Made by a program: the position numbers and the translations under genes. Under the pieces are notes generated by a model that saw only the letters and a list, made by a program, of their open reading frames with translations, was not told the DNA's origin and did no database searches. A stretch of 64,000 nucleotides of DNA from an uncultured Azospirillum sp. (GTDB lineage Bacteria; Pseudomonadota; Alphaproteobacteria; CACIAM-22H2), in contig CAYQDN010000004.1 in assembly GCA_964416335.1 (NCBI GenBank), forward strand, positions 64,518 through 128,517. Direction: 5' to 3'. This document shows, piece by piece, positions 9,463-19,600 of the stretch; positions within the stretch are counted from its first letter, which is position 1; each line of letters opens with the position of its first letter.

Positions 9463-10110
9463 ATGACGCGTCTCCTGATCGCCGCACGCCGCCGCCAGCG
9501 GCTGCTTGCGGCCCTGGCGACGGCTGTCGCCGCCTATTTTCTCCTGCCCCCGGCGTGGCCGGCGACGACGCGGCTGCTTGCTGCATGGGATTTCGGGATC
9601 GCGCTCTATCTCGGCCTCGTGCTGGCGATGGCCGTGCGCTCGACCGTCGCGACGCTGAAGCGCCGCTCGGAAGGCGAATATACCGGGGCCGCGGTCATCC
9701 TGGTGCTGGGGGCGGCGACGACGCTGGCAAGCCTCGCGGCGATCGCGGCCGAACTCTCGGGGATACGCGCACCGGACGCGACGGGCCTCTTCTACCGGCT
9801 GGCGCTGGCCGGGGCCACGATCGGCTTTTCGTGGTTCTTCCTGCACGCGATGTTCGCGATCCACTACGCGCACCAGTTCTACGGCAGCAAGGCGGAAGCG
9901 AAGGCGCTCGCGTTTCCCGGCAGCGAGCCGCCGGACTACTGGGAGTTCATCTATTTCTCGTTCACGATCGGTGCGGCCGCACAGACCTCCGACGTGACGG
10001 TCGTGTCGCGCCGCATGCGGCAGATCGTGCTCGCGCACACGATCCTATCGTTCTTCTTCAATACCGGGATCCTGGCGCTCGCCATCAATGTCGGGGCGGG
10101 CCTTCTCTAG
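9463..10110 (+). CDS. DUF1345-family integral membrane protein
   Basis: Multi-pass hydrophobic protein with the conserved FFLHAMFAIHYAHQFYG and FIYFSFTIGAAAQTSDV segments. Confidence 0.7.
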   Translation: MTRLLIAARRRQRLLAALATAVAAYFLLPPAWPATTRLLAAWDFGIALYLGLVLAMAVRSTVATLKRRSEGEYTGAAVILVLGAATTLASLAAIAAELSGIRAPDATGLFYRLALAGATIGFSWFFLHAMFAIHYAHQFYGSKAEAKALAFPGSEPPDYWEFIYFSFTIGAAAQTSDVTVVSRRMRQIVLAHTILSFFFNTGILALAINVGAGLL

Positions 10111-10116
10111 GCGCCG

Positions 10117-10191
10117 TGGTGCCGGGTGAGGGGATTGAACCCCCGACCTTCGGTTTACAAAACCGCTGCTCTACCGCTGAGCTAACCCGGC
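10117..10191 (-). tRNA. tRNA-Thr (anticodon TGT)
   Basis: Reverse complement reads GCCGGGTTAGCTCAGCGGTAGAGCAGCGGTTTTGTAAACCGAAGGTCGGGGGTTCAATCCCCTCACCCGGCACCA. It has a 7-bp acceptor stem, D and T arms (GGTTCAATCC), the anticodon loop TT-TGT-AA and an encoded CCA. 75 nt. Confidence 0.9.
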
Positions 10192-10193
10192 AT

Positions 10194-11474
10194 CTATTTG
10201 ATACGTCTAAGTTTCGCCTTAGTATCCGTTCGCGTCCGTTCTGCCAAGTGGGACTTCTCAGTGGGACTTTGGCCTTTGAAGAGCGGACTTGCCGGTAACC
10301 GAGAGGTCGAGCGCATCGCCGCAACTGCGGCGCGTTTTGCGCTATCGGCGACCTCTGTATAGAGGGCGGTCGTGGCTGCGCTTTTATGGCGGGCCAAGCT
10401 TTGAGTGGTCGCCGAGGATGCGACCAGTGCCACCTGGGTTATGTATGTCGCGCGAAGGTCATGAAACCGCCAGCGTCCACCCATCCCGAACCTCTTGAGC
10501 ACGGTTGACCAAGCGCGTCGCGCATTCTTGATGGGGCGGGGCGGGAAAGGCCTTCCGTCGGATTGGAGACCTGGTGCTGAATACACAATCAATGATTCGC
10601 AAGCTTGCTTGCGCTCAGCAGCGAACATTGCAAGCCACGAGAGCAATTCTAGAGCTTCGTCATTTGCATTGAGTATCTCGTCCCGATTGGCTTTCGTTAT
10701 GGCTGCCGGAAGTCGGAGAGCTTCGGCTTCCCAATCAATCCAATTCGTTTTTGCTTTGAAAACTTCCGACAGGCGAAGTCCGAACAGGCGAACAAGAGCG
10801 GCGGCTTGCCAAAGGTGATCAGGTGTTGCCGGATCTGATTCAATTCGCGCTAGGACAGCCAGCGGAACCGGATTTGGATCCCTCTTTGCCTCGGTAAGCT
10901 TCTCGATTTTTGGCATCCACGTGAGGCGAAGCTGGCCGTCTGGTCCTCGTGTATTGTGAGCAAGCCGAAGCGTTGCCGAGAGCTGATCCAAATATCGATT
11001 GGTACGTGCAGGGGATCGCGGCCGATTGAGTTCGATCATCAAATCGGAAAGCTCTTCTTTATTGCTTCTGTCCGCAGTCTTTGGTCCGCCACGCCACTTC
11101 TTGACGATTTGCCTGCGGCAAAAGGCGCGATATTCCATCCAGCGGTTCGCTACCGAATCAATTGGGGCGGCAGGGCCAAAAAATTCAAGAATCTCCGCCT
11201 GCATAGGCGCTATATCGCGCCAATTTCTTAGATGACGAGCTTCCTCCACTCGCGCTGCAACAGCCTGCGCCAGCGTATAAACCTCACGGGTCGACAGGGC
11301 AGCCTTGGTGTCCTTTCGTGCGATAACCCGCGCCGCTTCTTCACACGCCTTGGCCTGACGTCGAGAGATCGCAGGTGAGCCATCCGCATTCATGCATTGG
11401 CGCTTGAAGCGAATGCCATTTACCCAAAAATCAAAAGTCCAGGATCTGGTCTTTTTATCGACGTAAATTGACAT
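10194..11474 (-). CDS. int: tyrosine-type site-specific recombinase (phage integrase family)
   Basis: C-terminal catalytic region RFHDLRATYITQ...LYTE (the HxxR...Y motif). About 425 aa. Its stop lies 3 nt from the tRNA-Thr 5-prime end. Confidence 0.9.
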   Translation of the reverse strand: MSIYVDKKTRSWTFDFWVNGIRFKRQCMNADGSPAISRRQAKACEEAARVIARKDTKAALSTREVYTLAQAVAARVEEARHLRNWRDIAPMQAEILEFFGPAAPIDSVANRWMEYRAFCRRQIVKKWRGGPKTADRSNKEELSDLMIELNRPRSPARTNRYLDQLSATLRLAHNTRGPDGQLRLTWMPKIEKLTEAKRDPNPVPLAVLARIESDPATPDHLWQAAALVRLFGLRLSEVFKAKTNWIDWEAEALRLPAAITKANRDEILNANDEALELLSWLAMFAAERKQACESLIVYSAPGLQSDGRPFPPRPIKNARRAWSTVLKRFGMGGRWRFHDLRATYITQVALVASSATTQSLARHKSAATTALYTEVADSAKRAAVAAMRSTSRLPASPLFKGQSPTEKSHLAERTRTDTKAKLRRIK

Positions 11475-11498
11475 TGATGTTCCCCGAGATATCTGTGT

Positions 11499-11921
11499 TC
11501 AGGTGACGCCGAGTTCTTTCAGCTTTGACAGCGCGGCGCGATGACTCGCGGATTCTGAACCCTCCGCCTTCACTTGGTGCAAATTCTCGTTGGTCACTTG
11601 TTGTGATGTCACTTTTGGAACAATGCGATTTCTTTTTTTGTACGCCTCTACTGATGCGGAAGAAACTCGGATAGGGCCGCGTCGGTTTGTTTCAACATTG
11701 TTTCTCCAGCCGGAGAGCTGGCCGTTCTGAATCAGCCTGAATGCCGTTGATTCACTGCAGCCCAGAATAAAAGCAGCACGTCCGATACTCATTCCCCAAT
11801 CTTCATAGTTCTCAGCTCCCGATGCTTCGGGCGCCAAGTCCTCGACGTGCCATTTCGGTGCGCGACGCTCGGTCAACCTATCAGTTCCCTTAGTGGGGTA
11901 GATCTCATTGAAACTCTGCAT
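11499..11921 (-). CDS. AlpA/excisionase-family HTH DNA-binding protein
   Basis: MSIGRAAFILGCSESTAFRLIQNGQLSGW matches the AlpA/Xis HTH_17 pattern. The HTH domain starts at the ATG at 11792, and the N-terminal 43 aa of the ORF may not be translated. It lies immediately upstream of int. Confidence 0.6.
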   Translation of the reverse strand: MQSFNEIYPTKGTDRLTERRAPKWHVEDLAPEASGAENYEDWGMSIGRAAFILGCSESTAFRLIQNGQLSGWRNNVETNRRGPIRVSSASVEAYKKRNRIVPKVTSQQVTNENLHQVKAEGSESASHRAALSKLKELGVT

Positions 11922-12221
11922 GGGATTTTCAAAATTTTCTTGGGTTTCGATTCTACAAAATAATAATCAATAAAATCAGATACATGCTATCCCCAGACCT
12001 GAAGTATCCACGATGGGACAGCGCTCAAGATTTCACGCGCGTCACGCGACGCGGGGCCCGCGTCGCAGTTACAGGTTGCGTAATTATTTTTCAGAATTTG
12101 TCAAGGTATGTGGACAGCCGTGAGTTGCGATATGGGCACCTTATTCAAGGCGCCGCGCCGAGCGCCACCGAACCAAGTTGCTCGAATGGCATTCCCAATG
12201 ATCGAGAATTGGCACCCTGAC

Positions 12222-12326
12222 GGGCCATAGTTTGCTTGTAGGCCTGGCCCACGCTGGGCCACATCAACGGAGCCATTGGCCCAGCGTGGGCCACCCGCAA
12301 TAAGAGGTGGACCATACTGGGCCAGG
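12222..12326. repeat. cluster of TGGGCCA motifs including an inverted pair of 18-mers
   Basis: TGGCCCACGCTGGGCCAC at 12245-12262 and its near-inverse TGGCCCAGCGTGGGCCAC at 12277-12294. Additional GGGCCA copies at 12222 and 12319. All lie in about 100 bp of non-coding DNA between xis and the parA-like gene. Confidence 0.6.
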
Positions 12327-12346
12327 CACAATTTATTGGGTCTGTG

Positions 12347-13324
12347 TCACGTACGATCGCGAAGTAGTGTGCCGCAGGCGTCGAACTGCTTGAATGCTGC
12401 CTTCAGAAATTCGCGCACGAAGTTCATCTGTGTAAGCCCTAGGTGCTCATCTGTGGCGCCAGCAGCGCTGAAAGAGATATTGAGGCGATCAATCCGCTGA
12501 AAGATTCCCGTCGAGATCTCAGGGATTTCTATCTCGATACCGCCAGCCGCTAGCAGCTCTCGGCGTGCATTAGAGCCGTTATATGCCGCGAAACTGTCGG
12601 CCATACGCATATTCTTGGCAGCAATCCAGTGGACGCGATCTCCGAGAAGTCTGACGGCTTCACCTAGGCTGGCGACACCGGTCGTAGAGCCATCAACAAG
12701 GAATAGGACAATGATTTCGAGTTCGTCGGCAGTGGCCGCATGCAAAGCCCCGCCATCCGCGAGCCATTGGAAAGCGCCTGGGCTTTTCCGGGCCGAGTAG
12801 TCAAAAAGGGCTATTGCAGGCCCAGCCCGGTCTAGAAGCTCGTCGAGCACAGGTGCGATGGAGTCGATATCCTGCGTATCGACAGCAATAACCGGCTTTG
12901 CGCAGAATCTTGAGAAATCCAGAACACTCGGATCGCCGTCATAAGCGGCATACTCGACTCCCTGAAAGTCGTACCAGGCAGAAAGTAGACCTGCCGTGAT
13001 CGAGCGTCCGACACCCCCCTTGCCGCCATGTACAAGGACAAGGCGCCGCTTAGCACCTTGGATATCAGGAGCGGCGGAAGATTGGAGGGCGATCGGTGCT
13101 TCGCGGATATCCATCTGCGGAATGTTTTGCGGCGGCGAAACGGGCGATGCCGATAGTGGCGTAACTTCGTCGCGGGGCAGGAACGCGCTCTGAAGAGTAA
13201 AGCGCGGCATCGTCGGATGCTCATTCTGCAGCCGCAAATAGGCTGCGACAGCCTCGACAGTCTTCGCGTCTCCGTCTGTCGGGACACGAACCCGGACCCG
13301 AACGCCTGTTGTCTGGTCTTCCAT
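12347..13324 (-). CDS. ParA/MinD-like P-loop ATPase with about 90-aa N-terminal extension
   Basis: Deviant Walker A VLVHGGKGGVGRS (Arg where the P-loop Lys is expected), followed by a ParA-like layout. It is located in the mobile-element backbone. Confidence 0.65.
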   Translation of the reverse strand: MEDQTTGVRVRVRVPTDGDAKTVEAVAAYLRLQNEHPTMPRFTLQSAFLPRDEVTPLSASPVSPPQNIPQMDIREAPIALQSSAAPDIQGAKRRLVLVHGGKGGVGRSITAGLLSAWYDFQGVEYAAYDGDPSVLDFSRFCAKPVIAVDTQDIDSIAPVLDELLDRAGPAIALFDYSARKSPGAFQWLADGGALHAATADELEIIVLFLVDGSTTGVASLGEAVRLLGDRVHWIAAKNMRMADSFAAYNGSNARRELLAAGGIEIEIPEISTGIFQRIDRLNISFSAAGATDEHLGLTQMNFVREFLKAAFKQFDACGTLLRDRT

Positions 13325-13616
13325 GATGAGCTCCTTTCTTGAAGCGGACCCAGGCAGGGTAATTGAGGCGGCTTAAAATCCCCCGATTCCGCCGGCCCCA
13401 AACGGTTCCGGTCTACGTCGCAGCTGTATGCGTCAGCTGCATGGCTTCACAAATTGGGCGACAATAAAATCGTCGCGAAATTTGGCCGTACGCGCTGCGA
13501 CGGATTCTCGCTCGCGACACTCGCGTTTACTCGTCTCACTCTCCATCGATACGCAGGTGTTTCACTGCGCCGGAGCCGCTGAGGGGAGTCACAGCTCGGA
13601 TAACCGCGAATTGGAC

Positions 13617-13742
13617 AGCTACCGCCTAGATCAGGGCAGCTACCGTCCGGAAAAGGCCCGCTACCGCCTGAAATCGAGCCGCTACCTTGTTTTTCCGGCG
13701 AGCTACCGCGGTCGATCACAAAATTCGTGAATAGCTACCGCC
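13617..13742. repeat. iteron-like direct repeat array (6 copies of AGCTACCGCC-like units) followed by AT-rich tract
   Basis: Copies start at 13617, 13638, 13659, 13681, 13701 and 13733, giving a 20-22 bp spacing and then 32 bp. A roughly 120-bp AT-rich segment (13745-13870) lies immediately downstream. The array is upstream of mobC and divergent from the parA-like gene. Confidence 0.7.
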
Positions 13743-13907
13743 AATTAGTCGATGCGATTTTTTAGGTGAATCAATATATTCAAATAAAATCATATAGATA
13801 TGGTATCTTCAGGAGTTTTGAACGGATGATAAATTAGATAGGCAGGATTACGATAATGGCGTACAATTAATTCTACTCTACTCATTATCGGAAGGAATTT
13901 GGGTTCG

Positions 13908-14447
13908 ATGGCATCGGCAAACCCAGTCCGTGCGCCTTCGCCAGAGGAGCCTTCTGGCTCAATCGATCGGGTGTCGGGAAGTCAGACGATGCCGGAAAAG
14001 AGGAGACTTGGACGGCCACCTGGCTCGGGGGCGAGCTCGCCCAGGCTATCGGGTCGCCTGAACATTCGGCTGGCAGAGACCGAATGGGCTGTTATCCGTG
14101 CCGCAGCAGCTGAAGCCGGATGGTCGGTAAGTCGGTATGTGCGTACCGCGTTACTTGAGCGCGCCAGGGATACGAGAATTGGCGTCCTTGCCCGAGAGGA
14201 GCGCGAGCTGATGGCGGCGGGGCTATTCGAGCTACATCGCCAAGGCAGCAACCTCAATCAACTCGCCTTTGCGGCAAACAAGGCGCTGGCGCTCGGCCGG
14301 CTACAGGAGTTTCCAGACGGATCTGATCTCGAGGAGGCCGCAGCGGCGGCGAAAGCCGCCATCGGAAGAATAACGACGCTTCTTGAGTCTGCTGGTAGCC
14401 GACTTCATCGATCCTCCAAAGCAGGTTCCAATGTGGCGGAGCGATGA
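13908..14447 (+). CDS. mobC: MobC-family mobilization (relaxosome accessory, RHH) protein
   Basis: RLNIRLAETEWAVIRAAAAEAGWSVSRYVRTALLERA matches the ribbon-helix-helix core of MobC. ATG at 13908 is preceded by GAAGGAA. The ORF track starts at a TTG at 13899. Confidence 0.7.
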   Translation: MASANPVRAPSPEEPSGSIDRVSGSQTMPEKRRLGRPPGSGASSPRLSGRLNIRLAETEWAVIRAAAAEAGWSVSRYVRTALLERARDTRIGVLAREERELMAAGLFELHRQGSNLNQLAFAANKALALGRLQEFPDGSDLEEAAAAAKAAIGRITTLLESAGSRLHRSSKAGSNVAER

Positions 14448-16503
14448 CACCGATTTCTGGAAGCGGCTGCGTGCCGGTAAGCTCGATGAGCGCGATCATG
14501 ATGCGCTCGGATTTCTGCCCCTAGGCCATCGTGGCGAGAAAGCGTTTATCCGACTTGCGATCCGGGCGAGAGCGCGCCGAATACTGACGGATTGGGGGAC
14601 AAAGCCCCGCAAGCGAACCGGAGTCATGACAGGCCGTGGGCACGGGTCCGCTCCATTGCTACCGCTTCAACCGCCACCGGCCATCGTGGTTAAACAAGTA
14701 TCTGTCGCGCGGCCAAAAGAGGCACTGCGCCGAATTGCTCGCTACATCGGACGGCTCGATGTCGATTACGAAGACGGCAAAGCGGAATCTGCAGCTGAGC
14801 GCACTTTGACGGCGGCCGATCCAGCTGACTCTGCCAAGAAGAAAAGAAAGCCAGCAACTGCCTCACTCGATGCATCGAAAATTGAGCGGAGACCGCCAGC
14901 CATTTTCGACGCCAATGGAAACAAGATCGATCGCGACGAGATGCTCGCGCTTCTGGAAGACTGGGGCCTATTTGCAGACCGCGAGCATCTGACCCCAAAG
15001 GGACGAAGAGTGCTCACGAATGGGGGTGATGGAGCCCTGCGAAACCTCACCGAAGCTGAAGCGTTCTCAGCCGTCCAAGGGCGACACATCGTCATCTCCT
15101 TTCCGAAGAACGATCGGCTCTACAATTCAAAACTGGAAGAGATTGCGCGCCAGTTTCTGAAAGAGACATTTGGCGCTTGGGGGTACCCAGCCATTGCAGC
15201 GGTGCATGCAGAACACGGGCGCTTCCGTCATCTGCATATCCTGGTTGGGAACGTGAAGACATGCTCGCTCGCAATTGAAAATGTCGATCGCCGGCGCCTG
15301 CGCGACAAAAATATCGAGCGTTTCTTTTTTGACCTCGACGGATTCATGGCTGATGGCTTGCGTCTTGCGGCGGTTCAGGTCGCGGAGAAGTTCGGATTCC
15401 ATCTCGATGCCTCTCGCCGCGAAGATCGGCGTGATGTCGTAGACAGAATTCTCGCCGGAACTGAGCGGCTTCGCCCTCGTCCAATCAATGAAAAGTGGGA
15501 CGATCGATCTCTGGAGTTTTTCGCCGAGCGGGAGCTCGCACGGCAGAAGACTGAAGGTTCGATCAATCCATTGCGTGAAATGAATCCAACGCTTCGTCGC
15601 CTTGTGCAACGAGCACCGAGCTTTGTCATCAAGCATGTTGACACGCTCGTGGCCAATTTTCTGGCCGACCAGCGTCGACGCAATGCTTCGGAGCCTTATC
15701 CTGTTCCGGCAACCAAAGTGGAAATGGGAGGTGGCTTCATCCAGCGTATCTTCGGTGTTGCCGGTACACCCGAACGCCCTGTAACCCAGCCGGATGGTTC
15801 ACTTCAGCCTTTTGCCGATGCAATCCGAAAGCGGCAAATATTCGAAGATCAGGGCGGAGTTGATCGAACAAATGAGGCGATCGAGATGTGGGATGACTTG
15901 CGGCGCGAAGACGCGGCACTTGCAAACACAGCTCTCGTAACCTGGCCGGAGCTTTTTGGTCCAGTTACAGAGAGCGCAATTGGTCTACGAAAAGACTCGG
16001 AACTAGTAGACCTGACCAAGTCCGTCGCTTTGCCGACGAATTTCGCGCTGGATCCCGAGGCGGAAAAGCAAGATTCAAAATGTCAAAAGCATGCAAGCCC
16101 TGATGCCAGAACGGCATTGATGGTTCGTGCATTCAATGCACTTTCAACAAAGCTTGAAGAACTGTCAGATTTCGACACTGGAGACCGCACGGCGCGCATC
16201 GATCAATTGGCAATCTCCGACAGTTATCTGCAGTTGGCAAAGACCATCAATGCAGCTTTTCCAGACGATATTGATATGTTGCAGCAGGCGGTCGAGTTGA
16301 GAAGACTGTCGGCGATTGTCCGATCATTGGAGCGCGTGCCCACAAACGGCGATATGCCAAAACAGATCGAAGAATTCTTGATTTCTATCGAACCTGATAT
16401 GGCTCCAAAAAAGCCCGCTTCAATAGCGTCGCTCGAGCCAACTAAGAAAGACGGAGGTACCGAACTTCAGAAGAAACTTCGAGGGGGGCGGGAACTGGAT
16501 TGA
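14431..16503 (+). CDS. conjugative relaxase (MobA/VirD2-like, His-triad type)
   Basis: Motif III HAEHGRFRHLHILVGN (H-x-E-x5-H-x-H) with an upstream candidate catalytic Tyr (NDRLYNSK) and a long C-terminal region. The first ATG, at 14431, overlaps the mobC 3-prime end by 17 nt. The ORF track starts at a TTG at 14383. Confidence 0.75.
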   Translation: MWRSDDTDFWKRLRAGKLDERDHDALGFLPLGHRGEKAFIRLAIRARARRILTDWGTKPRKRTGVMTGRGHGSAPLLPLQPPPAIVVKQVSVARPKEALRRIARYIGRLDVDYEDGKAESAAERTLTAADPADSAKKKRKPATASLDASKIERRPPAIFDANGNKIDRDEMLALLEDWGLFADREHLTPKGRRVLTNGGDGALRNLTEAEAFSAVQGRHIVISFPKNDRLYNSKLEEIARQFLKETFGAWGYPAIAAVHAEHGRFRHLHILVGNVKTCSLAIENVDRRRLRDKNIERFFFDLDGFMADGLRLAAVQVAEKFGFHLDASRREDRRDVVDRILAGTERLRPRPINEKWDDRSLEFFAERELARQKTEGSINPLREMNPTLRRLVQRAPSFVIKHVDTLVANFLADQRRRNASEPYPVPATKVEMGGGFIQRIFGVAGTPERPVTQPDGSLQPFADAIRKRQIFEDQGGVDRTNEAIEMWDDLRREDAALANTALVTWPELFGPVTESAIGLRKDSELVDLTKSVALPTNFALDPEAEKQDSKCQKHASPDARTALMVRAFNALSTKLEELSDFDTGDRTARIDQLAISDSYLQLAKTINAAFPDDIDMLQQAVELRRLSAIVRSLERVPTNGDMPKQIEEFLISIEPDMAPKKPASIASLEPTKKDGGTELQKKLRGGRELD

Positions 16504-16677
16504 ATGCACTCGAATCCCAAGTCTGCTTTCACCAAATTCTCGAATAGTGATTTTGAAGGTGATTTTACACGATGCCATCTCAGCGCGGTTCATGACTAAA
16601 AGTTATAACTTCGAAGAATCCTTGGGGCGCCTATAAACTGTGTGGCGTTTGCAATCTTAGTATGAATAGCATGATCA

Positions 16678-19600
16678 ATGTGTGCCGAACGAAGGAATCC
16701 AGAAGCTGATGCCAAGTTAATAAATCTGGAAGAGCTTATGGCGTCACTGAACCTTGCGCAAAAGAGCAAGGGCACTTTGCGAATTTCAGAGCTGTTGGAA
16801 TCCTGCGGCGAATTTTCCAGTTCTATTCGATTGCTTCACCCAATAAAGGCGATTGCGACGATTGGTGGCTTGCTGACCCATCCGGGCCTACAAGCAAATT
16901 GCCTTCGTCTAGAGGCGATGGCTCATTTGGCAGTATGTGAAGCACGCGGTAAGCAGAAGCCAAATGGAAAATTGATTACGAAGTTCTTTCATTCTTTGGA
17001 AAATTCTCTGGGAGTTCTTGAAGATCCAATCGAGGATCTTTTCGTTTCCCGTGTTTCCTCAGAAAGAGGGGATTATCGAATATTTGGTGGCATAGCTGAG
17101 GGGGCCGCCTTTCAGCTGCAGCGGTTCCTGGACATAGTGGAAATGATGCCGAGTGGCACCATTTATGATGAGCTGCGTGACGAGATCCATTCCTTACTTC
17201 TGTTGTCTGACGTAGTAGCTGATCGCGCCGATTTGCCGGCCAACATCGTTGGAGCTGCAATGCCGCAATCGCGTATGCCATTGAGCATTCTGAATGCATT
17301 ATCGTCACTTAGAAAAACCGTTACGTTCACGACCCAAGAGCTATCGAAGCTAGGTATACGCCGCAATCATTTGCGAGGGTTTTGCTTTCAACCCGATGAT
17401 AGATCGGCGCTTGAAAGTGAGGCCATTGGGCACAGCCAACTGGAAAGTAAGCCAATAATCTTGACGGAGAGTGGGGTCGTGCTTGCGCTCCCCACTGCTG
17501 TAAACGTCGCAGTTCGTCGACGTATCATCGAGCGCTGCCATCAGCTTGGTATCCAAGAAGGACTCTTTAAATCGTACCTTGGTTGCTACGAGCGGACTCT
17601 TCACAACATGCCGATCTTGGGCATACCGCGGCGAGCACCAGTGCGTTTTCGGGCAGTTGGCCCATGCTGGTTTGCGCAGTTCATGACAGAAATTGACGCT
17701 GGTCGATGGTTACATTTCATAGCGATTGCAGATGATTTCGTGGGCTACGATAAAAATGGTCTGGCAGGTGTGAATGCCGATCCAGAAACCGCCGGAGCTT
17801 GCATCAAAGCCGAAATAGATAAAGCAATTGGATCTCTACAAGGAAAGCCAGAGTTTCGAAACGGCATAACACTCGTTGTGGTTTGTGGCTGGGGGCGAAC
17901 TTTTGCGACATCTCAGCAACCTGTTCGCCCAAATTGGAATTGGGAACTAATCAGCGCCCATGACCTTGCGACTTTGAGCTACTTGAACGGATTTAATCCA
18001 TGCGAGCTTTGGCGAGTTATCCATGACGAGGAAGAGCTAACTCGGTTTGATCTACGCCTTCAGAATCCCAATGGCTTGCTCAATTTGATCGCATGGGAGC
18101 GGCAGTTGAGCGGGCACCTCATTCCACATGCCAAACTCTTAGAAGTCGGTTCGACAGATAAACGTCCGACGATCCTCCAGATTGAACAGAACGGATTGCT
18201 AAAGCTGCGGGCGGAGGTTGCTATTGCTCACGATTGTCGGCGGCTTGGCGATAACAAGGGTCGAAGGTTAAGGGTTAGTCGCTTTGGGCAGGGGCACTTC
18301 CAAGAGGATAGACGGAAGGCAATTTATGTAGCCGAAGACGAGATTCTGGACGGCAAGTTAATGGGCGCGGTTGCGACGCCTGGTCGTGTTTGGTGGGTTT
18401 CCGTAGACGGTAATAGTCCGAGGGAAATGCTGTTTCAGTACTGGGAGATGCTTCTCCATTGGATGCACGAGTCCTCATCTGTACTCGATCTGGAGCTATC
18501 AAGCTTACTAGCCGGACCAATCCATTGGTCCGTTTGCTTTAATGAACTGACGCCGGCAATAGAAACACAACCGGGGCCTATCGATTGGTCGCGTGCCAGT
18601 TCTCTGCTTCAAACACGGATTTTTCCAGAGGATGGATCTGTATTCTTGGATGTGGACCCTCGTTTCCAAGAATCATTCCATCACCCTGAAAATCGAGCAG
18701 AGCGACTGCTCGTTGAAGTATTGGTCGAGGCAACAGCTCGATTGGTTGGGGCGAAGTTATCCGCAGAGCGTTTGGCAGAATTGGTAGGTCGAATCGTTCC
18801 GAATGTGGAAGCTAGACATATCCATGCATTTGAACAGCGTGAATTTAGAGATTTTTTCCGAGACAAGATCCCATCCAAATATATTTCGATAGCGCAGCAA
18901 GACGCCGCGAGATTGAGCCTTAGTCTTGGGTGGCGTGCGCGGCCACGTGAGGCGCTGGATTCGATCGTAGGAAAGCCAGAATGCACGACATTTCTAAATG
19001 CAACCGTAGCACTCTTGGAAGAGGAGCTTTGCCGCAATCTGGCTCGGTATCCCTGTGAAGCCTTGGTAAAGCGTGTTGTGCTCAACTATGAGAGCGCCAA
19101 TCAAGATTCTCTCACGTGGACTCGCTCTTCAGCAGCTTTGCTCGCTCTCTGTCGCGACAAGAGTGATGCGCTAGAGGTGATCTCCGATCGTAGCGCGGAA
19201 AGGAATGCTGTACTTCAGACATCTCGAATCATCATTGAAGCTGCCACGTGCGAGTGCCCGACGGAAGGTGGCGAGGCGGTCGGCGATATCGATGTCTCTC
19301 GGCTCATGGCAATCGTTTCGTGCATTGTGCATCTTGGCGGTTGGTCAGATGCTATTAGATGGGACGCGCTTGAGCCGCATTTAAAAATATCACCTTTTGG
19401 AGAAATTCTGAAATCGGCGCACTTCGAGGATGCCATTCTTGAGCCGTTCGGGCGCGCCAGTAGTGCGCGATTTGTGCGCGATGCAGTGTCGCGTTATCCC
19501 AAGCACTATGAAGAGATCAACGCCATTTCAAAGGTGGAGGCATCCTTCGATCAAGCGTTCGTAGTGGCCTTTCAGGCCGAGCTGGGAGTTTCTTTAGATG

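Noticed and set aside
7680-10038. Long minus-strand ORFs (7680-8744, 8782-10038) and plus ORFs 7805-8785 and 8910-10298
   Set aside because: All are Arg/Gly-rich antisense or off-frame products overlapping the ModA-like, isochorismatase and DUF1345 genes, which have credible signal peptides and domain motifs.
13428-13730. 100-aa ORF covering the iteron array
   Set aside because: It runs through the phased direct repeats and has no RBS or motif support. The region is better explained as a non-coding protein-binding array.
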